A DNA stretch of 64,000 nucleotides from an uncultured Bacteroidota bacterium (GTDB taxonomy: Bacteria > Bacteroidota > Bacteroidia > Flavobacteriales > TMED113), in contig CABYOB010000003.1 of NCBI GenBank assembly GCA_902520385.1, positions 2,845-66,844 of the forward strand, written 5' to 3'. Of the stretch, positions 1-10,874 are shown piece by piece. Position 1 is the first letter of the stretch, and each line of letters starts with the position of its first letter. Made by a program: the position numbers and the translations under genes. The notes below the pieces were generated by a model. It did not search any database, had not been told where the DNA came from, and worked only from the letters and a program-made list of their open reading frames with translations.

Positions 1-1264
1 AATTAAAATATCAAAAAAAATAGAGCAAAACATTAATATTAAAAATATTTTAAAGGAATCCAGTAAAAAGTGGGACGGTGGCTATGTAATCGCGGGGATG
101 TTAGGTCACGGGGACGCGTTTGTTTTAAGGGATCCCAACGGAATACGTCCAGCATATTTTTATAAGGACGAGGAAATAGTAGTAGTGGCTTCGGAGCGAC
201 CTGTAATTCAAACAGCTTTTGGTGTTCCTATAACTAAAATAGAGGAAGTTGGGAGGGGGTGCGCCCTTATTATAAGAAAAGAGGGGGGGGTTCATCAAGA
301 ACAAATTATTAAACCCAAAAGAAGAAAATCATGTTCTTTTGAAAGGATATATTTTTCAAGAGGAAATGACATTGATATTTATAAAGAGAGAAAAAAATTA
401 GGAAAAAAGTTAAGCCCCAGAATATTAAGCAGTGTTAAAAACGACCTTCAAAATACAGTTTTTTCATTTATACCCAACACAGCTGAAATAGCATTTTATG
501 GTATGGTTGAGGAAATAACAAAGTCGCTAAACAAACTTAAGCAAAAGGCAATTAAACAAGAAAACAAAACAAAACACGCAACAATACTCAACCAAACACT
601 AAGAATAGAGAAAATAGCAATAAAAGACGCAAAACTAAGAACGTTTATAACAGCAGATGAACATAGAGAGAATTTAGTGGGGCATGTGTATGATACTACA
701 TATGGCTTAATACAAAAAAACGACAATTTGGTTATTTTAGATGATAGTATAGTTAGGGGAACCACCCTAAGGGAAAGTATTTTAGAAATGCTAGGAAGAC
801 TAAAGCCAAAAAAAATAATTATAGTATCCTCCGCACCACAAATAAGATATCCAGATTGTTATGGTATAGACATGGCTAAATTAGGTGATTTAATCGCTTT
901 TAAGGCCGCGATTTCACTATTAAACAAAACAACAAAAGGAAGGGATAAAATACAGGGGGTTTATGAGGCTTGTAAAAAAGCAACTAAACTTTCGAAGGAA
1001 AAACAAAAAAATGAAGTTAGAGAAATTTATAATTCTTTAACAGCTATAGAAATTTCCAAAGAAATTGCATGTTCTTTAAAACCAAAAAAATTAAATGCAT
1101 CTCTAGAAATTATATACCAAACAATTGAGGACCTTCACCAATCATGCCCCAACCACACAGGGGATTGGTATTTTACAGGAAAATATCCTACTCACGGAGG
1201 AAACGCTTTTGTAAACCGAGCTTTTATATATTATATGGAGGGAAAAAACCAAAGAGCGTATTAA
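1..1264 (+). CDS. purF: amidophosphoribosyltransferase, 5' end cut by window edge
   Basis: The frame of ORF 98..1264 stays open back to base 2 (KKWDGGYVIAGMLGHGDAFVLRDPNGIRP). PRPP-binding motif LVILDDSIVRGTT is present. Confidence 0.85.
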   Translation, partial: IKISKKIEQNINIKNILKESSKKWDGGYVIAGMLGHGDAFVLRDPNGIRPAYFYKDEEIVVVASERPVIQTAFGVPITKIEEVGRGCALIIRKEGGVHQEQIIKPKRRKSCSFERIYFSRGNDIDIYKERKKLGKKLSPRILSSVKNDLQNTVFSFIPNTAEIAFYGMVEEITKSLNKLKQKAIKQENKTKHATILNQTLRIEKIAIKDAKLRTFITADEHRENLVGHVYDTTYGLIQKNDNLVILDDSIVRGTTLRESILEMLGRLKPKKIIIVSSAPQIRYPDCYGIDMAKLGDLIAFKAAISLLNKTTKGRDKIQGVYEACKKATKLSKEKQKNEVREIYNSLTAIEISKEIACSLKPKKLNASLEIIYQTIEDLHQSCPNHTGDWYFTGKYPTHGGNAFVNRAFIYYMEGKNQRAY

Positions 1265-2155
1265 TTAACTTACAAACTCAAAAATTTTTTGAGCTAAAAG
1301 ATCTGCACTTTTTTCATTAAGTCTAAACCACAACTCCGGCTCAATGATTTCTAATTCAGAAAGAAGGGGCTTTTTATTATTTCCAAACAAAATATCTACC
1401 CTAGCGTATAATGTTTTTTCAGGACACATAGCAACGATATCTTCAGCAAATTTTATTTCTTTTTTACTAGCTGAGTAAACAGAAACGGTTCCACCAAAAT
1501 CATCCTGCACTCTATAATCATTTTTTTTAGCTTTTTTAAGGACCGCATGCGAAAAAACCCCACCAAGAACAATCATAGAAAGCTCACCAGCTTTCAAAAC
1601 ACTTTCTTGAAACTCTTGGATAATCATTTTGTGCTTACTTTTTAATTTAGAAAAAACAACCTCTTTTTCATTTAGGTTTTTGGGGGTTACGCGGTGTGTA
1701 TTCCATGCGGCCGCAGAAATAGAGGGCTTTATTATAATTTCATTCCACCCAGTTTTTTTAAAAACATCTTTAAGACAAGTCACTGTGTTTAAATCACAGA
1801 AAACGCTTGGCACAATATGTGTTTTTGGAAAGTCTTGTAAATAGTGTTTATCTAAATTCCAACGAACTAAACTAAGGCTATTAATGAATGTTATTTTTTT
1901 TGCATAAGATTCTATCCAAAACAAAAACTCATCTATTCTTTCAAAGTAATCCCAGGTTGTCCTAAAAATAGCGTAATCAACCTCCTCCCAATTGAATGTT
2001 TTTGAAGACCAACTAACCCGGCTAACATTAAAACCTAGTTTTTTTAGTGAACAAAGTAGTAGGCCGTCTTCTTTTAAAATATTATTTATGTACCAGCTTT
2101 TCCCCCTAGGGTTTTCGTATCTATCCTCTGTGAGGATAACAATAGATTGCTTCAC
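1265..2155 (-). CDS. ATP-grasp-like protein, function unknown
   Basis: 296-aa ORF. The C-terminal ARVDILF...LSELEIIEPELWF resembles the ATP-grasp (RimK/glutathione synthetase-like) C-domain. The family call is tentative. Confidence 0.45.
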   Translation of the reverse strand: MKQSIVILTEDRYENPRGKSWYINNILKEDGLLLCSLKKLGFNVSRVSWSSKTFNWEEVDYAIFRTTWDYFERIDEFLFWIESYAKKITFINSLSLVRWNLDKHYLQDFPKTHIVPSVFCDLNTVTCLKDVFKKTGWNEIIIKPSISAAAWNTHRVTPKNLNEKEVVFSKLKSKHKMIIQEFQESVLKAGELSMIVLGGVFSHAVLKKAKKNDYRVQDDFGGTVSVYSASKKEIKFAEDIVAMCPEKTLYARVDILFGNNKKPLLSELEIIEPELWFRLNEKSADLLAQKIFEFVS

Positions 2156-2157
2156 GA

Positions 2158-4488
2158 CTAATCGCCAATCAACACACCGTCCTCAGCTCTCTCTGTGGTA
2201 TATAAATTACCATTCCACATGAATGTTTTTTCACCTAATTTCCACGCATTAAAAAAAGCCTCATTAAAAGTCAAACTAACATCACTCTTTGATTTGAGGT
2301 TTTTTTTCTTATTAACAAATTTTTGTTTTTTATTGTTTTTTATTATTGGGTTAGACTTCACTAAGGTCATCTCATTAATTAAATGGCTAGCCCCCGCAAA
2401 CTTATCAATTATGAAAAGAATATACTTGGCGTCAACTGAGATGGTTCTGTTTAATTTAGAGTCAAAGGCAATATCTCCACTCATCCCCTCCCAATTACCA
2501 TCAAAAGCACAACCAATTAGGTGTCCTTGGCCATTAATAACAGGGGACCCAGAGTTTCCACCAGTTATATCATTATTGGAAATAAAACATACCGGCACGG
2601 TTCCGTTTTCTTCATAAACACCATAATCCTTGTTATTATATAATTCAACTAATTTGTTTGGAACTATAAATTCGGGGTCGTTATTGTTCATTTTTCTAAT
2701 AACACCATCAAGGGTAGTTTTAAAATTAAAAACACGACCATCTGTCATAGAATAACCACCCACGGAACCATAAGTCATTCGCATAGTAAAGTTAGCATCA
2801 GAATAAAAATCATTATCTGGATACATTTGCATTAGGGCGGCGATAAATAATTTATTAGCTTCATCTAATTTGGATTGAGCCTTTCTAGATTTGGGCATTA
2901 TATCATCTACATAGTTTCCAATAATTGATTTTTGTGCTGTAAAAATAGGGTCTTTTTCTATTCTTTTTTTCATGTTTATTGTTGAGCTAAGAAATCTGTT
3001 CATTTTTTCTTCAGAAGTAAAAATAGACTTCTTGTAAATATCATCTCGCCACTTTTTTAAATTACCCTCATTGTTTTTTATAACACCAGGTAATTGTGAT
3101 TCTGGGGCGATTGTAATATAAGACTCCATGGCATTCAAAAATAAGTCGGCGTCTACCACTGGATCAAAGTCTTTAAAGAAGTCTTTGGTGGTTTTTTTCA
3201 TTTGTGTTACGGCACCCATCAGATCGTCTCGATTACCACTTTCAATAGCGCGCAATAAGCCCCTTGTAGAAGTTCTGGCAAACCTCATTGCATCAGACCC
3301 CCTCCACGCAGCTTCATTAACACACACAGTAGAAAGAACAAATTCATCTAAAGTGCTGTAAGCACTTTCCATATCCTCAAGAACAGCCCCATACTTATTT
3401 TGGTTGCCCTTGTTTAAATCAACAAATTTTCGAAAATCATTTTCGATTTTAACCTTTTGATCAAAAACCCCCAGGTCTTTTAGTTGCTTGGATTGACCTT
3501 GGTAATATTTCCAGTAGTTAGCTACACTAGCTTTTTTGGATGCATATTTAATTTTAATAGCGGGATCAGCGGTCATATGGCGATCAAGTACATCTAAAAT
3601 CCCCGTTCTTATTGTTACTACAGTTGGGTTATATAAACTTAAGGCTTGTTTTATTCCAAAAGAAGAAAGGAACCTGTCAGTAGAGCCCGGGTAACCAAAT
3701 ATCATAGAGAAATCTCCCTCACTGACACCATTTAATGAAATAGGTAGGTGATGTTTTGGTTTTAATGGAATGTTTTTCTCATTATATTTGGCCGGCAAGC
3801 CGTCTGGCCCAGAATAAACCCTGAATAAAGCAAAATCACCAGTATGACGAGGCCACATCCAATTATCTGTGTCACCACCAAACTTGCCAATTGATTCTGG
3901 TGGGGTTCCTACTAAACGCACATCTTCAAACCTCTCATAGACAAATAAATAATATTCATTTCCACCATAAAAAGATTTAACCCTTGACCAATAATGAGTG
4001 TCTCCAGTCCCGTTTTTTGTAATATTAGAAATGTTTTCTTGAATTTTGGCTTTTTTGTTGGAAGAGGTATCTGTTCCCGCTAAAACCAAATTAGTAACAT
4101 CTTCCATTTTTATTAAAAAGTCCACAAATAAATCTGGACTTATTAATTCTTCTTCTTTATTCTTGGCCCAAAAACCATTTTTTAAGTAATCGTTTTCAAC
4201 AGAACTGTGGCTTTGTATGGCACCATAACCACAATGATGGTTGGTTAACAGTAAACCCTGGTCAGAGATTATTTCACCAGTGCAATAACCACTAAAACTA
4301 ACTATCGCGTCTTTTAAAGAGCTGGTATTAACGCTATATAATTCATCAACGGATAGTTGTAGCCCCATTTTTTCTAAATCAACATTTTTAAGCTTGTTGA
4401 TAAGTATCGGTAACCACATTCCTTCATCAGCCTTAATAGTTGAAAAGGATAGTAAAAAGCACAAAGAGCATAAGATAAATTTTTTCAT
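2158..4488 (-). CDS. S46 family dipeptidyl-peptidase (DPP7/DPP11-like) with appended C-terminal tail
   Basis: Signal peptide followed by the hallmark ADEGMWLP. His region is LLLTNHHCGY and the Ser region is GGNSGSPVIN. At 776 aa it is about 60 aa longer than typical. Confidence 0.85.
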   Translation of the reverse strand: MKKFILCSLCFLLSFSTIKADEGMWLPILINKLKNVDLEKMGLQLSVDELYSVNTSSLKDAIVSFSGYCTGEIISDQGLLLTNHHCGYGAIQSHSSVENDYLKNGFWAKNKEEELISPDLFVDFLIKMEDVTNLVLAGTDTSSNKKAKIQENISNITKNGTGDTHYWSRVKSFYGGNEYYLFVYERFEDVRLVGTPPESIGKFGGDTDNWMWPRHTGDFALFRVYSGPDGLPAKYNEKNIPLKPKHHLPISLNGVSEGDFSMIFGYPGSTDRFLSSFGIKQALSLYNPTVVTIRTGILDVLDRHMTADPAIKIKYASKKASVANYWKYYQGQSKQLKDLGVFDQKVKIENDFRKFVDLNKGNQNKYGAVLEDMESAYSTLDEFVLSTVCVNEAAWRGSDAMRFARTSTRGLLRAIESGNRDDLMGAVTQMKKTTKDFFKDFDPVVDADLFLNAMESYITIAPESQLPGVIKNNEGNLKKWRDDIYKKSIFTSEEKMNRFLSSTINMKKRIEKDPIFTAQKSIIGNYVDDIMPKSRKAQSKLDEANKLFIAALMQMYPDNDFYSDANFTMRMTYGSVGGYSMTDGRVFNFKTTLDGVIRKMNNNDPEFIVPNKLVELYNNKDYGVYEENGTVPVCFISNNDITGGNSGSPVINGQGHLIGCAFDGNWEGMSGDIAFDSKLNRTISVDAKYILFIIDKFAGASHLINEMTLVKSNPIIKNNKKQKFVNKKKNLKSKSDVSLTFNEAFFNAWKLGEKTFMWNGNLYTTERAEDGVLIGD

Positions 4489-4534
4489 AATTCTTAATAT
4501 TTGATTGAAAACAGTAATTTAAAAGATGGACAAT

Positions 4535-5044
4535 TTACATATTTTTTATTAAAGGAACATTAGAGCAAGCTTCACCATAAAATAAACTTTTCACTACTGG
4601 TATTAATTTGTGACAAACTATAGAAAAGGCACCTAGGGGCAAAGAGGGGTCGCCACAACCTTTAATAAAAACACGCTTTTTCTTGAGTGATGAAATAGAT
4701 AGGGTTTTGTTTAAATTTTTTTCAAATAAAATTAAATTAAGCGCTTCTTTGTTCCCAAAAAAAACATAATTAGCGACATTATTTATTTTTGTTTGCAATA
4801 AAAGAAAAGCCCAAACGGGAATAATAACATCTTTAGAGCAATAAATATAAACGTTTTTATTCTCAAACCCCGAAAGGCCAAGTTCATCTAGTTTTTTTTT
4901 AAAATCTAGCTCTTTAATTACCAAACCATCAATTAGCCAATTTTTTAAATCAATTCCTACAGCTTTTTCGACTGGCATATAATCTAAAAGGTTAACAGTG
5001 ATTAACCCAGCCTCAGAAATCTTATTTCTTATAGTTTCTTTCAT
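4535..5044 (-). CDS. DUF2480-like protein at distal end of SUF operon
   Basis: 169-aa ORF directly downstream of the DUF59 gene, in the position DUF2480 occupies in flavobacterial SUF operons. Confidence 0.5.
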   Translation of the reverse strand: MKETIRNKISEAGLITVNLLDYMPVEKAVGIDLKNWLIDGLVIKELDFKKKLDELGLSGFENKNVYIYCSKDVIIPVWAFLLLQTKINNVANYVFFGNKEALNLILFEKNLNKTLSISSLKKKRVFIKGCGDPSLPLGAFSIVCHKLIPVVKSLFYGEACSNVPLIKNM

Positions 5045-5048
5045 GTAA

Positions 5049-5366
5049 TTATAAAAAACCTAATTCTAATTTAGCCTCTTCTGACATCATGCTTTTATTC
5101 CAAGGGGGCTCAAATGTTATTTCAACCTCTGCAGACTTAACACCGTCTATTTTTTCAACCTCCTGCCTTACCTCTTCGGGTAAAGACTCGGCCACCGGGC
5201 AGGATGGTGAGGTTAGGGTCATAACAATTTTAACCTCTTGTTTTTTACTGATTCTGACATCGTAAATTAATCCCAACTCATAAATACTTACTGGTATTTC
5301 AGGATCATATATTTCATCTAATTTTTTAATAATTAGACTGGATAGGTTTTCTATTTCTTTATTCAT
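5049..5366 (-). CDS. SUF-associated DUF59 (SufT/PaaD-like) Fe-S assembly protein
   Basis: 105 aa with IYDPEIPVSIYELGLIY...LTSPSCP, the typical DUF59 motif with its conserved Cys. Confidence 0.75.
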   Translation of the reverse strand: MNKEIENLSSLIIKKLDEIYDPEIPVSIYELGLIYDVRISKKQEVKIVMTLTSPSCPVAESLPEEVRQEVEKIDGVKSAEVEITFEPPWNKSMMSEEAKLELGFL

Positions 5367-5778
5367 AATTAGAACAATATAATCGAATTTTTTTTATCAT
5401 TTCGTTAATTCCATTTGATCGTGTTATTGATAGGTGTTTACTAAGTCCTATTTTTTCTAAAAAAAAATTATTTGACCTTGCAACTTCTTCAATCGTACAA
5501 TTATTAAAAATACATATTAGTAAACCAACTAGCCCTCTTGTAATTATAGCGTCACTGTCACCTTGTAAAAACAACTTACCATTTTTGATTTCACAAATTA
5601 ACCAAACTTGCGCTTGGCATCCACGCACTATATTTAAGTCATTTTTTAATTCTTTATTTAGTGGGGGAGTTGACTTACCTAACTCTATTAAATACTCATA
5701 TTTTTCTTCCCAAGATTCAAAAAAACTAAATTCAGAAACAATTTTAGATATGTTTTTTTCAATTCCCATTATTAACAA
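5359..5778 (-). CDS. sufE: SufE-type sulfur acceptor
   Basis: WEEKYEYLIELGK...VRGCQAQVWL is the SufE signature with the active Cys. It lies next to sufS. Confidence 0.8.
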   Translation of the reverse strand: MLIMGIEKNISKIVSEFSFFESWEEKYEYLIELGKSTPPLNKELKNDLNIVRGCQAQVWLICEIKNGKLFLQGDSDAIITRGLVGLLICIFNNCTIEEVARSNNFFLEKIGLSKHLSITRSNGINEMIKKIRLYCSNYE

Positions 5779-6985
5779 TTTTCATGATTCTTTTTAATGC
5801 ACTGATAAACACAGACACCTCTTCTTCGGTGTTGTAGAAGCAAAGAGACGCTCTAACAAAACCAGAAACACCTAAGGATTTGATGGCGGGTTGTGCACAA
5901 AGATGGCCCGTGCGAACACAAATGTTCATTTCATCCAACAAGCTTCCCACGTCATAACTGTGAGTGCTTTTTATATTAAAGGAAAATATAGGAGAGTCCG
6001 GCTTTTTTGTCAACCCCATAACAACATTTTTGGCAGCCCCTAACTCTTCCCACATTTTTTCTTTTAACAAATCTTCTTGTTTCTGAATATTATTTAACCC
6101 TAAAGATAAAATATATTTGAGTGCGGCTCCCAAACCAATTACCCCCGCGATATTAACTGTTCCCGCTTCAAATTTATAGGGTAATTTTCCCCAAGTGCTT
6201 TTGCTAAAAGAAACGAGATCAATCATGTTGCCCCCAAACATAAAGGGCTCCATTTTTAATAATAATTCTTTTTTACCATATAACACACCAACCCCAGTTG
6301 GACCAAAGCATTTGTGTCCAGAAAAAGAAAAAAAGTCACAATTTAAATCTTGTAAGTTAATGGGCTTATGGGAAACAGATTGTGCCCCGTCCACAAAAAC
6401 TTTGATGTTTTGTTTTTGGGCTAAATTACAAATTTCTTTAATGTTATTTTCATGGCCTGTAATATTGGAGGTTTGTTGAACGGCTAAAAGCTTGACTTTT
6501 GAATTCATTTTATTTTTTAAATCCCAAATGTCAATTTTTCCGTTTTCACAACATTTGATGGTAACAATTTTCAATTTTAATTTATCACAAATCACTTGCC
6601 AGGGCACAATATTGGCGTGGTGTTCCATTTCGCCAATTAAAACTTCGTCACCAGCAGAAGAAACAGTGTTTAAAAAACCAAAAGCAACCATGTTAATTGA
6701 CTGTGTGGTACCACTAGTAAAAATTATTTCCTCTTTTAATTGGGCATTTAAAAATTTTCTAACAACCCTTCTTGACTTTTCAAATTCAGTAGTGGCCCGA
6801 TCAGCCAAAAAATACATTCCCCGCTGTATATTGCTATTATAATTAGAGTAAAAATCAGAGATGGTGTCTATAACAATTTTCGGTTTTTGTGTTGTGGCGG
6901 CGTTATCAAAATAAACTAAAGGCTGGTTGTTTCTTGTGCTGTTAAGAATTGGAAAGTCAAGCCTTATTTGGTTTAAATTAAACAT
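5759..6985 (-). CDS. sufS: cysteine desulfurase, SufS type
   Basis: 408 aa. PLP Lys region is FSFSGHKCFGPTGVGVLY and the active-site region is RTGHLCAQP. It sits in the SUF operon. Confidence 0.9.
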   Translation of the reverse strand: MFNLNQIRLDFPILNSTRNNQPLVYFDNAATTQKPKIVIDTISDFYSNYNSNIQRGMYFLADRATTEFEKSRRVVRKFLNAQLKEEIIFTSGTTQSINMVAFGFLNTVSSAGDEVLIGEMEHHANIVPWQVICDKLKLKIVTIKCCENGKIDIWDLKNKMNSKVKLLAVQQTSNITGHENNIKEICNLAQKQNIKVFVDGAQSVSHKPINLQDLNCDFFSFSGHKCFGPTGVGVLYGKKELLLKMEPFMFGGNMIDLVSFSKSTWGKLPYKFEAGTVNIAGVIGLGAALKYILSLGLNNIQKQEDLLKEKMWEELGAAKNVVMGLTKKPDSPIFSFNIKSTHSYDVGSLLDEMNICVRTGHLCAQPAIKSLGVSGFVRASLCFYNTEEEVSVFISALKRIMKIVNNGN

Positions 6986-8270
6986 TTGTATTATTTAAAA
7001 ACAATTCGGAAACTTCTTTTTTAATCTCGGGATTTTCAATGTTGGATATTAGTTCGTTTAAAAAAGCCCCAATTAGTAATTGAACAGCCTCTTTCTTTTT
7101 AATTCCACGGGACCTTAAATAAAAAAGCATGTCTTCGTCGATAGCCCCGATTGTGCAACCATGAGAACAAACAACATCATCGGCAAATATTTCTAATTGT
7201 GGCTTTGCGTTCACATTAGCACTTTTAGAAATCATCAGGTTATTATTTTGTTGAAACGCCTCAGTTTGCTGAGCCCCCTTTTCGACATAAATTTTTCCAC
7301 AAAAAGCACCGGAAGAATTTTCGTCGTAAACAGATTTAAAAAACTGATTACTTTTACAGCCCTCAACCAAATGTGATATTATTATGAAATTATCAAGATG
7401 GTCGGAGGATTCCATTAGCGACGTACCTAAAACATTAGAGTTGCTTCGAGTATCTAACAGGTCAACCAGAATATTATTTCTAATCAACTTTCCTTTTTTA
7501 GAAAAAAAATGAAAATTACTTGAGCTATTTTTTTGTTGAACACAAAAAACACTATTAATTAAAGATGAATTAGTTAAATCATTTTGTGTGGTAAAAAAAT
7601 CTAGTGAAGAACCCTCTAAACAGACAAACTCTGAAACCATATTAAACGCAGAGTCCCCCTTTCCAAAGTTTATTATTTCTTCATAAATTAACACCCTAGT
7701 GTTTTCCTCTATTAAACACAATAACCGATTTTGATTAAAAAATGCATTTTGGTTAGAGAATCCATGAATTATTTTTAAATGACCGTCACAATTATATGCA
7801 TCTGTAACAGTTATCATGTAAGGAGAGTCGGTTAGGTGTGCATTTAATTCAACAAGTTTTGTGTTTTTTAAAAAACTAGAAAACCCTTCATACGTATCGT
7901 TGTTTATTGTATTAAAACCCTTCCCTAAACAATTTAGATATAAAGCATTCTGTTTGTTTTCTGAGTTAGTAAGTTTTTTTATTTTTATGCCTGTGGGCAA
8001 CTTAGAAAGTTCTTCTTGAAACACACCGTCCATAAAAAAAACCAAATTTTTTTCGGGCAACTTATCAACCTTTTTTGATATAAGTTTTTTTAATTGTTCT
8101 TCGTTAGTCCCTATATTAAAGGGTTGTACTGCAATAGAATCGGGTATAAACTTTTTAATATTTGTATAATTCCAGTCTTCATTTTTAATACTAGGAAGAA
8201 AGTCCGTAATAAAACTAGACTCTTTCTCAACATTAAATTGTGGCGCCAAATTTTTTTTATATCCAGTCAT
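6978..8270 (-). CDS. sufD: Fe-S cluster assembly protein SufD
   Basis: Lies between sufC and sufS. The C-terminal region FADDVVCSHGCTIG...FYLRSRGI is SufD-like. The track ORF starts at GTG 8309; I prefer ATG 8270, which gives a 14-nt overlap with sufC. Confidence 0.8.
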   Translation of the reverse strand: MTGYKKNLAPQFNVEKESSFITDFLPSIKNEDWNYTNIKKFIPDSIAVQPFNIGTNEEQLKKLISKKVDKLPEKNLVFFMDGVFQEELSKLPTGIKIKKLTNSENKQNALYLNCLGKGFNTINNDTYEGFSSFLKNTKLVELNAHLTDSPYMITVTDAYNCDGHLKIIHGFSNQNAFFNQNRLLCLIEENTRVLIYEEIINFGKGDSAFNMVSEFVCLEGSSLDFFTTQNDLTNSSLINSVFCVQQKNSSSNFHFFSKKGKLIRNNILVDLLDTRSNSNVLGTSLMESSDHLDNFIIISHLVEGCKSNQFFKSVYDENSSGAFCGKIYVEKGAQQTEAFQQNNNLMISKSANVNAKPQLEIFADDVVCSHGCTIGAIDEDMLFYLRSRGIKKKEAVQLLIGAFLNELISNIENPEIKKEVSELFLNNTNV

Positions 8271-9012
8271 ATCCCTTTTCTTCAAGCATTTTGGCAATAT
8301 CTGAACCACCAGATTTTATAATTTTCCCCTCATTTAATACGTGTACAAAATCCGGCTGAATATGGTCTAAGAGGCGCTGATAATGAGTGATTATTATAAA
8401 AGAAGAATTATTGTTTCGCAAGCTATTAACTCCCTTTGCAACAATTTTCAATGCATCAATATCTAATCCTGAATCAGTTTCATCTAAAATTGAAAGCTGG
8501 GGCTGAAGCATTAACATTTGGAATATTTCGGCTCGTTTTTTTTCACCACCTGAAAACCCAACATTCACAGATCTTTTTATAAAATCTAAATCTATTTTTA
8601 AAATTTCCGCATTTTTTTTTATTTTCTCAAGTATTTCCTTTGCCGAAAAAGGCTTTTCATTTAAAGCTTTTTGTTTTTGATTTAAAGCGGTTTTGATAAA
8701 GTTGTTTAATGAAATACCAGGTATTTCTACTGGATATTGGAAAGAAAGAAATAAACCCATGGACGATCTTTCTTCAGGCTCAAGGTCTGTTAAACTTTTC
8801 CCATTAAATGTGATTTCGCCACTGGTTATCATATATTTTGGATCGCCCGCAACAATAGACGCAAGTGTACTTTTACCCGATCCATTGGGGCCCATTATTG
8901 CATGAACCTCCCCCTTATTAATCTCCAGGTTCAATCCCTTGAGGATTGAAATATTACTTTCTGTACTAACGTGTAAGTTTTTTATTTTTAGCATAAGTTT
9001 ATATTTATCCAA
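8257..9012 (-). CDS. sufC: Fe-S cluster assembly ATPase SufC
   Basis: Walker A is GPNGSGKST, the ABC signature is FSGGEKKR, and Walker B is [12 protein letters not shown]. Confidence 0.95.
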   Translation of the reverse strand: MDKYKLMLKIKNLHVSTESNISILKGLNLEINKGEVHAIMGPNGSGKSTLASIVAGDPKYMITSGEITFNGKSLTDLEPEERSSMGLFLSFQYPVEIPGISLNNFIKTALNQKQKALNEKPFSAKEILEKIKKNAEILKIDLDFIKRSVNVGFSGGEKKRAEIFQMLMLQPQLSILDETDSGLDIDALKIVAKGVNSLRNNNSSFIIITHYQRLLDHIQPDFVHVLNEGKIIKSGGSDIAKMLEEKGYDWI

Positions 9013-10447
9013 CGCTTCCTTCTAGCGAAATTTCTAATAATTTTTGAGCCTCAACGGCAAACTCCATGGGGAGTTTTTTTAATACATCTTTACAATAACC
9101 ATTTACAATTAATCCAATTGCCTCTTCTTCCGGAATCCCCCTTTGTTTACAATAAAATAATTGATCGTCACTTATTTTAGAGGTTGTTGCCTCATGTTCT
9201 ACAATTGAACTTTTGTTACTTGATTCAATATATGGAAATGTATGGGCCCCGCAGGTTTGCCCTAACAATAATGAGTCACATTGAGAAAAATTACGGGCGT
9301 TGTCAGCAGATTTAGAAATTTTCACTAACCCCCTGTAACTCCCGTTACTTTTTCCAGCACAAACCCCTTTACTTATGATGGTGCTTTTTGTGTTTTTTCC
9401 TAAATGAATCATTTTGGTTCCAGTGTCAGCTTGTTGAAAATTATTTGTTACGGCAACAGAAAAAAATTCACCAACAGAGTTGTTTCCTTTTAAAACACAA
9501 GAAGGGTATTTCCATGTGATGGCTGATCCTGTTTCAATTTGGGTCCAGGAAATTTTGGCACTATCCAAACAAATTCCACGCTTAGTTACAAAGTTATAGA
9601 CGCCCCCAACTCCATTTTCATCTCCAGGAAACCAGTTTTGAACTGTGGAATATTTTATTTCAGAACTTTTCATCGCAACAAGCTCCACAACGGCAGCGTG
9701 AAGTTGATTTTCATCTCTCATGGGGGCGGTACAACCCTCAAGATAGCTTACGTAGCTATCCTCTTCAGCCACTATAAGTGTTCTCTCAAACTGTCCTGTG
9801 CCCGCCTCATTGATGCGAAAGTAGGTAGAGAGCTCCATTGGACACCTCACCCCTTTTGGTATGAAACAAAATGAACCGTCTGTAAAAACAGCTGCATTTA
9901 AAGCAGAAAAATAATTATCTGTATAAGGAACAACTGACCCCAGGTGCTTTTTTACTAATTCAGAATGGTTTTCTATTGCTTCTGACATAGAGCAAAAAAT
10001 GATACCAAGTTTTTTTAAGGTGTCTTGGAAGGTTGTGGCAACAGACACGCTATCCACAACAACATCAATAGCTACGCCCGCAATTTTTTTTTGTTCATCT
10101 ATAGAAATGCCAAGTTTGTTGAATGTTTTTAATAACTCTGGATCGACTTCATCCAATGAGTTGTATTTAGGTTTTTTTGGCGCCGAATAATAAATTATTT
10201 TTTGCAAATCAATAGGTTTTATTTTTAGGTTTGCCCAATTGGGGGGTGTCATTTTTTGAAGTGCACTATAAGCCTTCATTCTATAATCAAGCATCCATGA
10301 AGGCTCATTTCTTTTAGCAGATATTAATTTGATGGTGTTTTCATTTAAACCAGGCTCAAATTTTTCAGATTCTATTTTTGTTACAAATCCGTATTGGTAT
10401 TTGTTTTTTGTTATTTCTTTAAGGGTTTTATTTTTTTCTGTTGCCAT
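9005..10447 (-). CDS. sufB: Fe-S cluster assembly scaffold SufB
   Basis: 480 aa with highly conserved SufB blocks ([29 protein letters not shown]). Confidence 0.95.
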   Translation of the reverse strand: MATEKNKTLKEITKNKYQYGFVTKIESEKFEPGLNENTIKLISAKRNEPSWMLDYRMKAYSALQKMTPPNWANLKIKPIDLQKIIYYSAPKKPKYNSLDEVDPELLKTFNKLGISIDEQKKIAGVAIDVVVDSVSVATTFQDTLKKLGIIFCSMSEAIENHSELVKKHLGSVVPYTDNYFSALNAAVFTDGSFCFIPKGVRCPMELSTYFRINEAGTGQFERTLIVAEEDSYVSYLEGCTAPMRDENQLHAAVVELVAMKSSEIKYSTVQNWFPGDENGVGGVYNFVTKRGICLDSAKISWTQIETGSAITWKYPSCVLKGNNSVGEFFSVAVTNNFQQADTGTKMIHLGKNTKSTIISKGVCAGKSNGSYRGLVKISKSADNARNFSQCDSLLLGQTCGAHTFPYIESSNKSSIVEHEATTSKISDDQLFYCKQRGIPEEEAIGLIVNGYCKDVLKKLPMEFAVEAQKLLEISLEGSVG

Positions 10448-10456
10448 TTGTATAAT

Positions 10457-10783
10457 TTAAATTGAAAAACTTTCTCCGCATCCGCAGGTTCTGTTTGCAT
10501 TAGGGTTTTCAAAAACAAACCCCCTTCCGTTTAAGCCGCCGAAATAATTTAATTTTGTTCCAACTAAGTATAAAAAACTTTTTTTATCAATTACAACACT
10601 TATACCATTACTTTCAACTAATTTGTCAGACTCTTGTTTTTTTTCATCAAAATTTAATTTGTATGATAATCCTGAGCACCCACCTGTTTCAACACCAATT
10701 CTAACATAACAAGTATGATCGAAATTATCATCTTTCATTAATGATAAAAGCTTTTTTTTTGCAACTTCTGTAATTTCAAACAT
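10457..10783 (-). CDS. A-type Fe-S carrier (IscA/HesB/SufA family)
   Basis: 108 aa with GGCSG...and a C-terminal CGCGESF motif. Confidence 0.85.
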   Translation of the reverse strand: MFEITEVAKKKLLSLMKDDNFDHTCYVRIGVETGGCSGLSYKLNFDEKKQESDKLVESNGISVVIDKKSFLYLVGTKLNYFGGLNGRGFVFENPNANRTCGCGESFSI

Positions 10784-10874
10784 TGATTGTGTATTAAATT
10801 TTTATCAAATATACCAAAGAAAAAACAAAAACAATTCATTAATTTTAACAAAGAATTATATTAATTCGTAGTGT

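Noticed and set aside
284-291. A G8 homopolymer inside purF as a possible slipped-strand phase-variation tract.
   Set aside because: It lies in frame in an essential biosynthetic gene (encoding EGGV). There is no sign of frame disruption. It is most likely incidental.
496-765. The track lists many ORFs nested antisense inside or overlapping longer genes. Examples are 496-765, 1629-1844, 2195-2617, 6195-6842, 9539-9874, 15310-15501, 16652-16930, 29039-29305, 31427-31708, 32763-33113, 47040-47327, 47840-48118, 52268-52474 and 55788-55988.
   Set aside because: Each lies within a longer ORF with clear family motifs on another frame or strand. Their products are low-complexity, Phe/Leu/Ile/Ser-rich mirror translations typical of AT-rich coding DNA.
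8257-8309. A 53-nt overlap between the sufC and sufD ORFs, possibly a frameshift or programmed overlap.
   Set aside because: The long form depends on a GTG start. An in-frame ATG at 8270 gives an ordinary 14-nt overlap.
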